Source of the DNA: Ectothiorhodospiraceae bacterium
Lineage (GTDB): Bacteria > Pseudomonadota > Gammaproteobacteria > SZUA-152
Reading direction: 5' to 3'
Length of the DNA: 64,000 nucleotides
Assembly (NCBI GenBank): GCA_002401775.2
Contig: NVUB02000027.1
Coordinates: 11,249 to 75,248, forward strand
The notes under the pieces were generated by a model. It saw only the letters and a program-made list of their open reading frames with translations. It did not search any database and was not told the DNA's origin. Below, one piece after another: positions 1 to 11,600 of this stretch (positions are counted from its first letter, which is position 1; each line of letters opens with the position of its first letter). The position numbers were made by a program, and so were the translations under genes.

Positions 1-125
1 ACCTGGGCAAAAATAATGGTCGAATATTGGCAATATCAGAATCTGAAATTGAATTAATGGAAATCGTTCCTGACGGACTTGGGGGCTGGATAGAACGCAC
101 TACGACTCTGGCCGTCAGCGAATAA
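1..125 (+). CDS. pilP: type IV pilus assembly protein PilP, C-terminal end (5' end outside window)
   Basis: The frame is open from the window edge to TAA 123-125, translating ...LGKNNGRILAISESEIELMEIVPDGLGGWIERTTTLAVSE. It lies directly upstream of pilQ, as in pilMNOPQ operons. Confidence 0.6.
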   Translation, partial: LGKNNGRILAISESEIELMEIVPDGLGGWIERTTTLAVSE

Positions 126-144
126 AGCCAACGAGGACTCAGTA

Positions 145-2877
145 ATGGGCATTTTCAACATGTTTTTTGGGAAAAACACTATGCGTGTACGCGGAAATAA
201 AAAGATGACAATAAAAACTCGCTACCTTGGTCTGCTATTACTTATTTGTGGATTTTGTGGAGTGGCTTTTACGGCTACCTCGGCCTTTGCTGCGGATTCT
301 CCCGAACTTTCCCTTGATTTTATTGATTTCAAAAAACTGCCCAACAATGCCGTGGAAATTCGCATGGCAATGTCCGGTGCCGTGCCCAAACTCACTGACT
401 TCACCTCAAAAAACCCTGCCCGTATTTCCCTGGACTTGTCAGGCACGAGCAATAACCTGCCCTGGAGTCTTCCTCTTCCTATTGGTGTAGGTGTTGCCAA
501 AAGTATTAAGGCAGTACAAGCCAAAGGACGCACACGCATTACGGTTAACCTCGACAAACTGGTTGGCTACGAAATGCGCACTGAAGGCAATAGTATTTAC
601 CTCACCGTAGGCGACAATATCGACATGCCTGCGCCTGGCACGCAAGTCGCGGATGCTTCGTCGATGACAAGCACCGAATCAAGTGCCATGGCTGCCAAAG
701 AAACTATCGCCGCCTCTGAAACAATGGCCGCTGCCGAAGCGAAACAAAAAGCTAAACAACCTGTCACGCAAAAAACAACGCCGATTAGAAAATCATCCCG
801 TAACGGCAGTACCACCAGCCTCAAAAACGTGACCTTTACGTCGTTACCCGGTGACAGTGTTCAAATTCGTCTTAACTTTTCCGGCCCTGCTGCCAACCCC
901 GGCAATTTCACCATTAACAACCCCGCCCGCATCGTTCTCGATTTCCCAAAAACCGGCAGTGACCTGGGTTGGAAAAACAAAAACATTGGCATTGGTTTTG
1001 CGAAAAGTATTACTGCCGTGGAAGCGGGAGATCGCACTCGTATTATTTTAAACCTTGTGCAGCTCATTCCTTTTGAAAGCGAAGTGTCTGGCAATAATGT
1101 CGTCATCACCCTGGCCGGCAGTCGCACTGCACAAACTTCACCCGCTGCCCGCTCGGCCAAAGCAGGCCCCATAGGCGCAGCAATGGAAGCCTCATCGGCC
1201 CTGCACCGGATTCGCAGCATTGACTTCCGCCGCGGCAAACAAGGTGAAGGTAAAATCATTATTGGGCTGTCAGATGGGGGCACTCCCATTAGTACCGGCG
1301 AATCGGGCCACCAGATTTTTGTCGAATTTGGTGATACTGATCTGCCTAAAAACCTGCAACAGCGCTTAGACGTCATCGACTTTGCCACCCCCGTACAATT
1401 CATCGATACCACACAATCCGGGGATCGTGTGCGCCTGGCTATTACACCGACTGGAGACTACGAATATCTCGCTTACCACGCAGGTGACAGTTACACCATT
1501 GAGGTTAAGGAAGTCCCCAAAGAAAAAATTCAAGGCGCTAAGAAAGACCAGTTTGGCTATACCGGTGAACGTCTGTCCCTCAACTTCCAGGACATTGAAG
1601 TCCGCGCCGTTCTTCAGCTAATTGCTGACTTCACCAACCTGAACATGGTCACCAGTGATTCAGTACAAGGTAATTTGACCCTGCGCCTTAAAAATGTGCC
1701 ATGGGACCAAGCCCTTGACCTCATTCTGAAAACCAAAGGCCTGGCAATGCGCAAGGCGGGCAATGTCATCATGGTAGCTCCCGCTGCAGAGATTGCCGCT
1801 CAGGAGAAACTGGAGCTGGAAGCCAATAAACAAATAGAAGAATTGGCCCCCATCAAAACCGAAATTATTCAAATTAATTTTGCCAAGGCCCAGGATATTG
1901 CTGATTTATTATCATCTGAAGGCGGCACGGTGTCGGAGCGCGGCAAGGCAACCGTTGACCAACGCACCAATACGTTATTACTGTCCGACACCGCCGACCG
2001 TCTGGTTGCCGCACGCGAGCTTATTAGGGTTCTCGACATTCCGATTCGACAGGTCATGATTGAAGCGCGCATTGTTATTGCCGATGACGACTTTGCTAAA
2101 GACCTGGGGGTACGATTCGGTGTCACGTCCATCAATGACCGTAATAGTGACTTAATCTTTGGGTCAGGTTCTTTAGATGCGACGGATTCAATGGCTGGAT
2201 CTGCCTTAGACAACTTGGCAAACACACCCGTTGGTATGGCTCCAACCCCATACCCAATAGAAATTCCTTTTGGCGCAGGCGGCATACCACAGCGCCTGAA
2301 TGTCAACATGCCTGTCGTTGGCAATAACGCTGGCCGCATCGCCCTGTCGATACTGGGCGCCAATACACTTCTTGACCTAGAACTCTCTGCCCTGCAACTG
2401 GAAGCGCGCGGCGAAGTGGTATCAAACCCGCGAGTGATTACCGCCAATCAGAAAGAAGCCCTTATTGAGCAAGGTACTGAAATCCCTTACCAACGTGCCA
2501 GTTCCAGTGGTGCCACGGCGGTGTCTTTCAAAAAGGCCGTCCTCAGTTTGAAGGTCACTCCGCAAATCACCCCGGATGACCGCATCATCCTCGATTTGAA
2601 AGTTAACAAAGATAATGTGGGTGTTCTCTTTGCGGGCATACCCAGCATCGATACCAAAGAGATTGAGACACAGATACTCATGAACAATGGCGAAACCGTG
2701 GTACTTGGTGGCGTTTATGAACAAGTGACCCGCAACGAACGGGACAGCATCCCCTTCCTGGGTGATCTACCTTTCATTGGCGCCTTGTTCCGCACTACAC
2801 GTGAAAGAAATGAAAAATCAGAATTATTGATCTTCGTGACGCCCAAGATCCTCAAAGATCAGCTCACGGCGCAATAG
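145..2877 (+). CDS. pilQ: type IV pilus secretin PilQ
   Basis: 910-aa ORF with a signal peptide (LLLICGFCGVAFTATSAFA), two AMIN-like N-terminal repeats and a C-terminal secretin domain (VVSNPRVITANQKEALIEQGTEIPY ... SELLIFVTPKIL). The true start may be the internal ATG at 205. Confidence 0.95.
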   Translation: MGIFNMFFGKNTMRVRGNKKMTIKTRYLGLLLLICGFCGVAFTATSAFAADSPELSLDFIDFKKLPNNAVEIRMAMSGAVPKLTDFTSKNPARISLDLSGTSNNLPWSLPLPIGVGVAKSIKAVQAKGRTRITVNLDKLVGYEMRTEGNSIYLTVGDNIDMPAPGTQVADASSMTSTESSAMAAKETIAASETMAAAEAKQKAKQPVTQKTTPIRKSSRNGSTTSLKNVTFTSLPGDSVQIRLNFSGPAANPGNFTINNPARIVLDFPKTGSDLGWKNKNIGIGFAKSITAVEAGDRTRIILNLVQLIPFESEVSGNNVVITLAGSRTAQTSPAARSAKAGPIGAAMEASSALHRIRSIDFRRGKQGEGKIIIGLSDGGTPISTGESGHQIFVEFGDTDLPKNLQQRLDVIDFATPVQFIDTTQSGDRVRLAITPTGDYEYLAYHAGDSYTIEVKEVPKEKIQGAKKDQFGYTGERLSLNFQDIEVRAVLQLIADFTNLNMVTSDSVQGNLTLRLKNVPWDQALDLILKTKGLAMRKAGNVIMVAPAAEIAAQEKLELEANKQIEELAPIKTEIIQINFAKAQDIADLLSSEGGTVSERGKATVDQRTNTLLLSDTADRLVAARELIRVLDIPIRQVMIEARIVIADDDFAKDLGVRFGVTSINDRNSDLIFGSGSLDATDSMAGSALDNLANTPVGMAPTPYPIEIPFGAGGIPQRLNVNMPVVGNNAGRIALSILGANTLLDLELSALQLEARGEVVSNPRVITANQKEALIEQGTEIPYQRASSSGATAVSFKKAVLSLKVTPQITPDDRIILDLKVNKDNVGVLFAGIPSIDTKEIETQILMNNGETVVLGGVYEQVTRNERDSIPFLGDLPFIGALFRTTRERNEKSELLIFVTPKILKDQLTAQ

Positions 2878-2896
2878 CCACTTTCCAGCTTTTTCC

Positions 2897-2938
2897 AACA
2901 AACAAAAACGACACCTTCGGGTGTCGTTTTTGTTTGTT
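2897..2938 (+). terminator. rho-independent terminator after pilQ
   Basis: Perfect 19-bp stem aacaaacaaaaacgacacc / ggtgtcgtttttgtttgtt with loop ttcg. The right arm is T-rich. Confidence 0.8.
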
Positions 2939-3121
2939 GCTCTATAATTGCCATGAGTGCATTGTCATCAGTACATTGTCACCAGTGCAATGCCATTTAC
3001 ACACCACCCTTCCCACACCATCAACCATAAATCACAAACTGAAAACAAAAGTCACCTCGGAATTGGTCAATTCCACACCAAACCCGATATACTCCCCCCT
3101 AAACAAGAGCTTAGAGGTAAA

Positions 3122-3640
3122 ATGGCACAAAACATTATTTTTGTTGGGCCGATGGGTGCGGGTAAAACCACCATTGGCAAAGCACTCGCCAGCCAGCTGG
3201 GGAGAACCTTTTACGACAGCGACCGGGAAATCGAAGAGCGCACGGGCGCTAATATACCGCTAATATTTGAACTCGAAGGGGAAGAAGGTTTCCGGCGAAG
3301 AGAGCAAACGGCCATCGCTGAGCTGATGGCAAAAACCGATATCGTCCTCGCCACCGGCGGAGGGGCAGTGCTTGACCCGGAAAACCGAGACCATATCACC
3401 CGGCAGGGCTTTGTCATTTACCTCAACGCTCCCCTAGAGCAGCTGTTGAAACGCACGGCAAAAGACAAAAGCCGGCCTTTATTGCAGACCGCAGACCCAC
3501 GCAAAAAATTGCAAGATATCTTGACTATCCGTGACCCTCTGTACCGTGAGATCGCCGACGTGATTATTGAAACGGACGGAGGCCCCGCACGAACGGTCGT
3601 CAAAAACTTGCTGGCGTTAATTGCAGAGCGCGGACTATAA
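3122..3640 (+). CDS. aroK: shikimate kinase
   Basis: [20 protein letters not shown] Walker A motif at the N-terminus and about 172 aa, the typical AroK length. ATG 3122 is in frame with the longer ORF-track frame (2957), whose extension has no family resemblance. Confidence 0.95.
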   Translation: MAQNIIFVGPMGAGKTTIGKALASQLGRTFYDSDREIEERTGANIPLIFELEGEEGFRRREQTAIAELMAKTDIVLATGGGAVLDPENRDHITRQGFVIYLNAPLEQLLKRTAKDKSRPLLQTADPRKKLQDILTIRDPLYREIADVIIETDGGPARTVVKNLLALIAERGL

Positions 3641-3748
3641 AAACGGCCTATGGAACAATGCTTACCCATCGACACACACTCAAGTGGCAGCGTTAACGTT
3701 CACCCTGCTATTCGCCACCACAATAATGGCGCATGCTCCTGCTACTAT

Positions 3749-3788
3749 TTATTACGTCGCTACACTTTTTTATTACGTCGCTACACTT
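3749..3788. repeat. 21-bp tandem direct repeat x2 (ttattacgtcgctacactt)
   Basis: Identical 19-mers at 3749-3767 and 3770-3788 in the aroK-aroB spacer. Confidence 0.8.
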
Positions 3789-3826
3789 ATCGATAAAACA
3801 CCGTTATGACGCATAAAAACAGTGAT

Positions 3827-3874
3827 ACATGAAAACGATTCAACATGAAAACTATTGCACATGAAAACACTGAC
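3827..3874 (+). repeat. 16-bp tandem repeat x3, each copy carrying acATGaaaac
   Basis: acatgaaaac occurs at 3827, 3843 and 3859. The third ATG (3861) is the aroB start. The first two open ORFs of 11 codons before a stop. Confidence 0.75.
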
Positions 3875-4952
3875 CGTTAACCTTAAAGAACGCCGTTATC
3901 CCATTTACATTGGTCAGAAACTGCTCGGCCAATCGAGCTTGCTAATGAACCATATTCGTAGCAAGCAGGTGCTGGTCGTCACCAATGAAACCATCGCACC
4001 GTTATATCTTGAAAAAACCCTCTCCGGCTTAACTGATTTTCAATGCGAAACGGTTATTTTGCCGGATGGTGAGCAATACAAAACCCTGGAAACCACTAAT
4101 CTCATCTTTGATGCGCTGCTAACTCACCGTTTCGACCGCGACTGCACCCTGGTGGCGCTTGGTGGCGGCGTCATTGGCGACATTACCGGCTTTGCTGCGG
4201 CTAGTTACCAACGCGGTGTCAACTTTATCCAGATACCCACCACCTTACTCGCACAAGTTGATTCATCCGTGGGTGGCAAAACCGGCGTTAACCATGCGCT
4301 GGGCAAAAACATGATTGGTGCCTTTCATCAGCCCCAATGTGTCCTTATTGATATTGACACGCTTAACACATTGGAAGACCAGCAGCTTTCAGCCGGACTT
4401 GCTGAAGTCATCAAATACGGATTAATTTCAGATGCAGAATTCTTTAGCTGGCTGGAATCAAACATCAATGCGCTGTTAATACGCGATGCAGAACGACTCA
4501 CCTATGCCATCGAACACTCTTGCCAAAACAAGGCCACCGTTGTCGCTGCCGACGAAAAAGAATCCGGGCAACGCGCCTTGCTTAACCTTGGCCATACCTT
4601 CGGACACGCTATCGAGTCCGGCATGGGTTATGGCCGCTGGCTTCACGGCGAAGCTGTTGGCACAGGCATGTTAATGGCCGCCAATTTGTCCCACAGGCAA
4701 GGTCACTATAGCGACGAAGACTTGCAGCGCACGCAAGCACTCATCGAAGCCGCTCACCTGCCGACGACTACGCCACCAGAAATGAACAGCCAACGTTTTC
4801 TCGACCTTATGTCTGTGGACAAAAAAGTTAAATCCGGCATCATTCGCTTAGTCTTACTCAAAGGCATTGGAACAAGCTATATTAGTGGTGATTATGACCC
4901 TAAACTGCTATTAGCCACCCTCGATGAATTTCACCATGCGGCCCGCTTATGA
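3861..4952 (+). CDS. aroB: 3-dehydroquinate synthase
   Basis: [45 protein letters not shown] and [12 protein letters not shown] motifs. The aroK-aroB order is conserved. Confidence 0.95.
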   Translation: MKTLTVNLKERRYPIYIGQKLLGQSSLLMNHIRSKQVLVVTNETIAPLYLEKTLSGLTDFQCETVILPDGEQYKTLETTNLIFDALLTHRFDRDCTLVALGGGVIGDITGFAAASYQRGVNFIQIPTTLLAQVDSSVGGKTGVNHALGKNMIGAFHQPQCVLIDIDTLNTLEDQQLSAGLAEVIKYGLISDAEFFSWLESNINALLIRDAERLTYAIEHSCQNKATVVAADEKESGQRALLNLGHTFGHAIESGMGYGRWLHGEAVGTGMLMAANLSHRQGHYSDEDLQRTQALIEAAHLPTTTPPEMNSQRFLDLMSVDKKVKSGIIRLVLLKGIGTSYISGDYDPKLLLATLDEFHHAARL

Positions 4953-6145
4953 CAACTGCACCGAAAACCCACCCCACATCCAAACAGACTTCGGATGACG
5001 GGCTAGCCCCCTACGCTACGCGTGAAAGTCAGTCACGCGGACGTCTGGTGTCTGAACCCGCACCCAATACCCGCTCTGAGTTTCAGCGCGACCGCGACCG
5101 CATCGTGCATTCTGGCGCCTTTCGCCGCCTCGAATACAAAACCCAGGTTTTTGTGAACCACGAAGGTGATATGTTTCGCACGCGGCTCACCCATTCCATC
5201 GAAGTGGCGCAAATCAGCCGTTCTATTGCCCGCGTCCTCAATCTCAATGAAGTGTTATCCGAAACCATCGCCCTGGCTCACGACCTGGGACACACACCCT
5301 TCGGACACGCCGGACAAGATATTCTCAACGAATGCATGAACGACTACGGTGGTTTCGAGCATAACTTGCAGTCGTTGCGCATTATTGATGAACTCGAAGA
5401 AAAATATGCCGATTTCAATGGATTAAACCTGACGTTCGAGACCCGCGAAGGCATCCTCAAGCACTGTTCAAACAGCAACGCGAAAAAACTGGGGGAACTT
5501 GGTCAACGTTTCCTCGAAAAACGTCAACCGGGGCTTGAAGCACAACTGACTAATATCGCCGATGAAATCGCCTATAACAATCACGATATTGACGATGGCC
5601 TACGCGCAGGGCTCATTAGTATTGATGATTTATGCAGCGTTAAATTGTTCAAACAACAACACAAAGCGGTCATGAAAAAATACCCGAAGCTGCCTGAAAA
5701 GCGCGCTATTCATGAGATTATTCGTCGCATGATCAATGCACAGGTTTCTGACTTCCTACAGACCAGCACCCAGACACTCCTCAAAGCAGCGCCCCAGTCA
5801 CGAGAAGACGTTACCCAACAACAACAGCCCCTCGTTGGTTTCAGCGATGAAATGCGCGCCATGAACCAGGAACTCAAACAGTTTTTACGTCGCAATCTCT
5901 ATCGCCATTACCGCGTCCACAGAATGACCGCCAAAGCCGCCATCATTATTCGCTCATTGTTCGACGCCTTCCTCAACGACCCGCTATTATTACCCCCCGA
6001 GCAACAACAACATCTACACTCACTTGAAGAAAAAGACCCTGACACAGGAAGTGCTCGCGGTATCGCTGATTACATTGCCGGTATGACTGACCGTTACGCG
6101 ATTCGGGAATATGAACGCATTTTTAATGCCACTGAGTTGACTTGA
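4949..6145 (+). CDS. dGTPase-like HD-domain triphosphohydrolase
   Basis: HD-domain motifs [13 protein letters not shown] and [11 protein letters not shown], with a C-terminal [13 protein letters not shown]. The start overlaps the aroB stop (ATGA). Confidence 0.9.
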   Translation: MTTAPKTHPTSKQTSDDGLAPYATRESQSRGRLVSEPAPNTRSEFQRDRDRIVHSGAFRRLEYKTQVFVNHEGDMFRTRLTHSIEVAQISRSIARVLNLNEVLSETIALAHDLGHTPFGHAGQDILNECMNDYGGFEHNLQSLRIIDELEEKYADFNGLNLTFETREGILKHCSNSNAKKLGELGQRFLEKRQPGLEAQLTNIADEIAYNNHDIDDGLRAGLISIDDLCSVKLFKQQHKAVMKKYPKLPEKRAIHEIIRRMINAQVSDFLQTSTQTLLKAAPQSREDVTQQQQPLVGFSDEMRAMNQELKQFLRRNLYRHYRVHRMTAKAAIIIRSLFDAFLNDPLLLPPEQQQHLHSLEEKDPDTGSARGIADYIAGMTDRYAIREYERIFNATELT

Positions 6146-6188
6146 CAGATAGTTGACCTGACACACACCACCACGCACAATCCTGGCC

Positions 6189-6443
6189 ATGCGACTCTAT
6201 CTACAAACACCACCCACCGCAGATGGATACCCTCGCTTCTATCATCTATTCTTGCAAGAAGATTTGCTTGGCGGCTGGATGCTCGTCAAAGAATCCGGGC
6301 AGCAAGGCCTTTCCGGTAAAATCACCAAAACGCATTTTGCAGATCACGAGCAAGCCATGGCTGCACTGGTTAAAGCACGTGATGCCCAAACCAAACGCGG
6401 TTATCGAGTGGTTTTTGTTAAAGGGGATCAAGGCCCTGCTTAA
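6189..6443 (+). CDS. WGR domain-containing protein
   Basis: 84 aa. RFYHLFLQEDLLGGWMLVKESGQQG ... KRGYRVV matches the remembered WGR-domain pattern. Confidence 0.7.
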   Translation: MRLYLQTPPTADGYPRFYHLFLQEDLLGGWMLVKESGQQGLSGKITKTHFADHEQAMAALVKARDAQTKRGYRVVFVKGDQGPA

Positions 6444-6541
6444 ACATTCTTCCAAGATGCCAGGTGTGGATGCGAGACGACCAAAATGATGTTAATCAAA
6501 CGGGCACACTGTATGCCATTCACCTGCGAATTTCAGGATCT

Positions 6542-8509
6542 ATGAACGAACACATCCCCACCTCTGCGCCGTCTTATGTCATCGCTTATGGAATGAGCCG
6601 TGAGCCTTTTAGCGACGCCATCGAAAACGATTTGTATTACACAGAGCCTGCGCGAAAACAAAAGCTCGACATCCTGTTACACCTCACCCAATACGGCAAT
6701 GAATTAATGCTCGTCAATGGGCCCGCAGGCAGCGGAAAAACTACACTGCTGCAACAGTTCCAACGACACGCACTGGATATCTGGAAAGTCGCCAGCATTG
6801 ACGCCGGGGAAGGCGTCGATGAACGAAAAATCATTCAGCAGCTCTTTCACCAAATGGGTTTGGAGTTTCAGGGTGCGACCCATGTTGAGTTGCTTGAGCA
6901 CCTGGAGCACTATTTTGATTCGTTGCAACGCAACGCGCACCAGGCCGTTATGCTCATTGATAATGCTCAGCAGCTCCCCGTTACTGCACTCAAACACGTA
7001 CTTCAGCTGGCATCGCTGACCAATACGGAAAACAAACCACTACTGCGCGTTATACTTTTTGGCGACTCGAGTTTAGACGACCGTTTTTCCGACCCACTGC
7101 TAGAGCATCACGCCACTATTATTCGTCGTAATATCGTACTACCGGCTTTTACCAGTGAACACACAAGCCAATACATTCGCAGTCGTCTGGCGGCCGCACA
7201 CTACGCTCAGAAAAAACCTTTTACTGAGTCAGTTCTGCAAAAAATCCACAAACAATCCAAAGGCTGGCCAGGAAAAATCAACGAGCTGGCCCACAATGTA
7301 CTGATCGAATCGCAACCCACTGCGGCCACCAGCAACATCAGCAATGTATTCACCAGCTTCAATGCCAAACACGCCATCGCCGCTGGAATTGGCATCAGCG
7401 TGATAAGCGCATTATTGCTTTTTCAGGATGATGTCAATTCGTGGTTTGATTTCAATGACGACATACCCACACAATCTCCCTTGCAAAGTACCTCAAATCT
7501 GTCCACTGAAGCACGGGCTCCGACCACATCAATACCTGCCCTTCCGTCGGCAACACCGGCGCTCGCAACCGACAGTGAAACTATTCGCGATGCTGAAACC
7601 AAAACTGAAACCGACACTAAAAATAATACCACGAGTGAAGAAACCGACATTGCCGATGCTTCTGAGCAGACACAAAGGACTCTCAAAACAGCAGACGTTG
7701 AAGAGGTGGCGACACGCTTAAACCCAGAGCGGCAAAATGAGGCAGAGCAATCCGACATTGATAACGCGATGAATGAAATCCTTGCGGAATCTGAATCACC
7801 TTCCAAGTCTGCACTCGCCAGCATAGACACCACAGCGTCCACGACAAACGAAACGGTGGCTGTTGCTACTGAGCCTGCTATCGACAAGCCCGTAAAAAGC
7901 CTGGCCATTACCCAACAAGCTCAGGCTAACGTCGATACAAACACCAAAATGAACACCAATACGGTCACCAATACGAAAACAGCCACGGTGAGTGATAAAA
8001 TGGGCAACGCACTTTCCGTCAGCCAATCTGTTGTCGAGTCTGTAGTCGAGCCTGTGCTCGATTCTATCGTCGAACCTGTTGAAAACCGCACAACAAAAAC
8101 GTCTGCTCTCTCAACGCCGCTTTCCACCGCTCTCTCCTCCCCGGTATCCACCCCGGTATCCACTCCCCTTTCAATCATCGATATCCCCAACGACTTGCCA
8201 GGCCAACGTCATGACTGGATTCTCAAGATAAACCCTGACCACTACACCTTGCAGCTCGTCGCCGGTAACAACATCAATACCCTACGAAAATTTATTAAGC
8301 GGCACGCCCTCAATGAACCCTTTGCCTTGTACCAGGGCACCCGCAAAAACAAGCCCTGGTATGGATTGATATACCATAGCTACCCCACAAAACAGCACGC
8401 TATTAATGCCCGTAGTCAGTTAGGCAAAGCACTTCGTCGCTCAAAACCCTGGGTACGAAAATTAGCGCCTCTGCAAAAAGAACTGCGGGAAATGCGTACA
8501 CCTTTGTAA
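6542..8509 (+). CDS. AAA ATPase (ExeA/MshM-like) with C-terminal SPOR domain, DamX-like
   Basis: P-loop LVNGPAGSGKTTLLQ, a long acidic/Thr/Ser-rich low-complexity linker, and a C-terminal SPOR-like segment (HYTLQLVAGNNINTLRKFIKRH...WYGLIYHSYPTKQHAINA). It sits between aroB and gltB, as in Pseudomonas (recalled synteny). The start is chosen at ATG 6542; GTG 6464 is also possible. Confidence 0.8.
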   Translation: MNEHIPTSAPSYVIAYGMSREPFSDAIENDLYYTEPARKQKLDILLHLTQYGNELMLVNGPAGSGKTTLLQQFQRHALDIWKVASIDAGEGVDERKIIQQLFHQMGLEFQGATHVELLEHLEHYFDSLQRNAHQAVMLIDNAQQLPVTALKHVLQLASLTNTENKPLLRVILFGDSSLDDRFSDPLLEHHATIIRRNIVLPAFTSEHTSQYIRSRLAAAHYAQKKPFTESVLQKIHKQSKGWPGKINELAHNVLIESQPTAATSNISNVFTSFNAKHAIAAGIGISVISALLLFQDDVNSWFDFNDDIPTQSPLQSTSNLSTEARAPTTSIPALPSATPALATDSETIRDAETKTETDTKNNTTSEETDIADASEQTQRTLKTADVEEVATRLNPERQNEAEQSDIDNAMNEILAESESPSKSALASIDTTASTTNETVAVATEPAIDKPVKSLAITQQAQANVDTNTKMNTNTVTNTKTATVSDKMGNALSVSQSVVESVVEPVLDSIVEPVENRTTKTSALSTPLSTALSSPVSTPVSTPLSIIDIPNDLPGQRHDWILKINPDHYTLQLVAGNNINTLRKFIKRHALNEPFALYQGTRKNKPWYGLIYHSYPTKQHAINARSQLGKALRRSKPWVRKLAPLQKELREMRTPL

Positions 8510-8688
8510 TCGCCTTCCTTCAAAAATAAGCTCACTTTTCACTGTATTGAACCGAATCTGGCTCACCGGTATAATGCTGGGCCATTTTGTTCTCGGGAAG
8601 GCCAGTGCTGCACGCCGAACATGGCAGTAAGCATCTGATATTCAACAAAATATCGCCTTCCTACAGAAAACGACGACGTGAGACTAGC

Positions 8689-11600
8689 GTGAAAAAAGCA
8701 GCCAACCAGCCACCAAATACAGACAGCCTATACCGCCCAAGCTTTGAAAAAGACAATTGCGGTTTCGGCCTTATCGCCCAAATGGACAATAAAGCCAGCC
8801 ATTGGCTGCTAGAAACAGCCATTGGCGCCCTCGCGCGCCTCACCCATCGTGGCGCCGTTGCCGCCGACGGTAAAACCGGTGATGGCTGTGGTTTGTTGAT
8901 GAAAAAACCCGACGGTTTCTTGCGCCTGTGCGCGGATGAGTTGGGTTTCAAGCTAGCCGACAACTACGCCGTTGGTATGATCTTTCTCAACAACGATGAT
9001 GCGCTTGCGAATTTTGCCCGGCAGCAACTCGAAACAGAGCTGCGCGCAGAAGGCCTGGAAGTCCTTGGCTGGCGTACCGTGCCAACGGATACCAGCGCCT
9101 GCGGTGAAGAAGCGCTGATTTCCCTGCCGTTAATCGAGCAGATTTTTGTTAACGCGCCCGCTGGCATGGATACCACCACGTTCGAGCAACACCTTTATAT
9201 TGCCCGCCGTCGTTGTGAAAAGGCTATCGAAGCCAATACAAGCTCAGGTACAGATGAGGTTTTTTACGTACTCACCCTGTCCTCACGCGTTATCTCTTAC
9301 AAAGGTCTGGTGATGCCGGAATTTTTGCCGGTGTTTTACCAAGACTTGAAAGACCCACGCATGGAAACGGCTGTAGCGGTGTTCCACCAACGTTTTTCCA
9401 CAAACACCTGGCCGCAGTGGCGTTTGGCCCAGCCCTTCCGTTACATCGCCCATAATGGTGAAATCAACACGATAGAAGGCAACCGCAACTGGTCCGTTGC
9501 CCGTGGCCACAAGTTTGAAAGCCCTACCCTACCGATGGACGATGTGCGTCCGCTGGTTTCCATGACCGGATCTGACTCCAACAGCATGGACAATATGCTG
9601 GAAGCCTTGCTGGCCGGTGGCATGGACATTTTCCGCGCCATGCGCCTGTTAGTGCCACCCGCCTGGCAAAACGTCACCAACATGAACGCCGACCTGCGCG
9701 CCTTCTACGAATACAATTCCATGCACATGGAACCCTGGGATGGCCCGGCCGGTATCGTTATGACCGACGGCCGCTATGCCGCCTGCTCGACAGACCGTAA
9801 CGGCCTGCGCCCGGCGCGCTGGGTGATCACCAAAGACCGCCACATCACATTGGCCTCCGAAGTGGGTGTGTACGACTACAAACCCGAAGACGTAGTGGCC
9901 AAAGGCCGCTTAAAGCCTGGCCAAATGCTGGCCGCCGACACGGAAACCGGCAAACTGTTATTGCCAGAAGATGTCGACGCCATGCTGCAAGGACGTCAAC
10001 CCTATAAAAAGTGGCTCTCCGAAGGGGCCAAGCGCATCACTACGGCGCTGAATGGCGAAACCTGTGGCCTGCCCATGGACAGCGACACTCTTGATACCTA
10101 CCAGAAACTGTTTCAGGTGAGTTTTGAAGAGCGTGATCAAGTGCTGCGCGTACTGGCGGAAGCCGGCCAGGAAGCCATTGGTTCCATGGGCGACGACACC
10201 CCCATGCCCGTGCTGTCGCGCAAAGTGCGTTCTTTGTATGATTATTTTCGCCAGCAGTTTGCGCAGGTGACGAACCCGCCCATTGATCCCATCCGCGAAC
10301 AAATCGTCATGTCCCTGGAGACCTGTTTCGGCCGTGAAATGAACATGTTCGAAGAATCACCCACACATGCCAACCGCTTGCTGATGAATTCGCCGGTACT
10401 GTCCACCACCAAGTTTGAGCAGCTCACCCGCCTCGATTGTGCAGACTATGCGAACATTCGTATTGACTTACATTACGACGAATCTGCAACCCTGGAAGAT
10501 GCCATCAAGGACATTACTGACCAGGCCGTAGCCGCGGTTAACGCCGGCAAAGTGATCTTGGTATTGTCCGACCGTGACATCGTTGCCGGCCGCATACCGA
10601 TGCATGCACTACTGGCCACAGGCGCAGTACATCACCGCTTGATCCGTGAAGGCCTGCGTTGCGATGCCAACATTGTGGTGGAAACCGGCACTGCCCGCGA
10701 CCCACACCACATGGCCGTACTGATCGGTTATGGCGCAACCGCCGTATATCCCTATCTGGCCTATGCCTGTATCCAGGACATGCAAAACACGGGGGAAATC
10801 ACCGACAAAGATTGCGCCAACCTCATGCACAAATATCGCATGGGCATCAATAAAGGCCTGTTTAAAGTCACCTCAAAAATGGGGATTTCCACCATTTCCA
10901 GTTATCGCGGCGCGCAACTGTTTGAATCCGTGGGCCTGCATCAGGACGTGGTTGATTTGTGTTTCAGCGGTACCACCAACCGTCTGCAAGGTACCCACTT
11001 TGAAGACATGGATACCGACCAGCGCACCCTCGCCAAACTGGCCTGGAACCCGCGCAAAAATATCGACCAGGGTGGCCTGCTCAAGTTTGTGCACGGCGGA
11101 GAAGAACACGCCTATAACCCGGACGTGGTTCAAGCCCTGCAACGCGCCGTGAAATCCGGCGACCAGGCGGCCTATGACGAATACGCCACCATGGTCAACG
11201 AACGCCCAACACTGGCCTTGCGTGATATGCTGCGCTTGCGCACCGGACAAGCCGGCATCACCCCGGTTTCCATTGATGACGTTGAGCCCATGTCGGAAAT
11301 CGTCAAACGCTTCGACTCTGCGGCGATGTCATTAGGCGCACTCTCGCCCGAGGCGCATGAAACTCTGGCGATGGCCATGAACCACCTCGGCGCGCGCTCT
11401 AATTCGGGCGAAGGTGGCGAAGACCCGAAACGCTACGGCACGAACAAACGCTCCAAAATTAAACAGGTGGCTTCCGGCCGTTTCGGTGTCACACCCGCTT
11501 ATTTGCGGTCTGCGGAAGTCATGCAGATTAAAGTCGCCCAGGGTGCCAAGCCCGGTGAAGGGGGTCAGCTGCCCGGCCAAAAGGTCAACGAGCTCATCGC

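Noticed and set aside
2957-3121. Upstream extension of the aroK ORF (start 2957) and overlapping ORF 2934-3263
   Set aside because: The Walker A motif lies at the very N-terminus of shikimate kinases. The extension is His/Thr/Pro-rich with no family resemblance and begins inside the pilQ terminator region.
8587-8688. TTG start of gltB given by the ORF track
   Set aside because: GltB needs only a short propeptide before the catalytic Cys (…DNCGFG). GVG 8689 gives a typical length. The start remains uncertain without experimental data.
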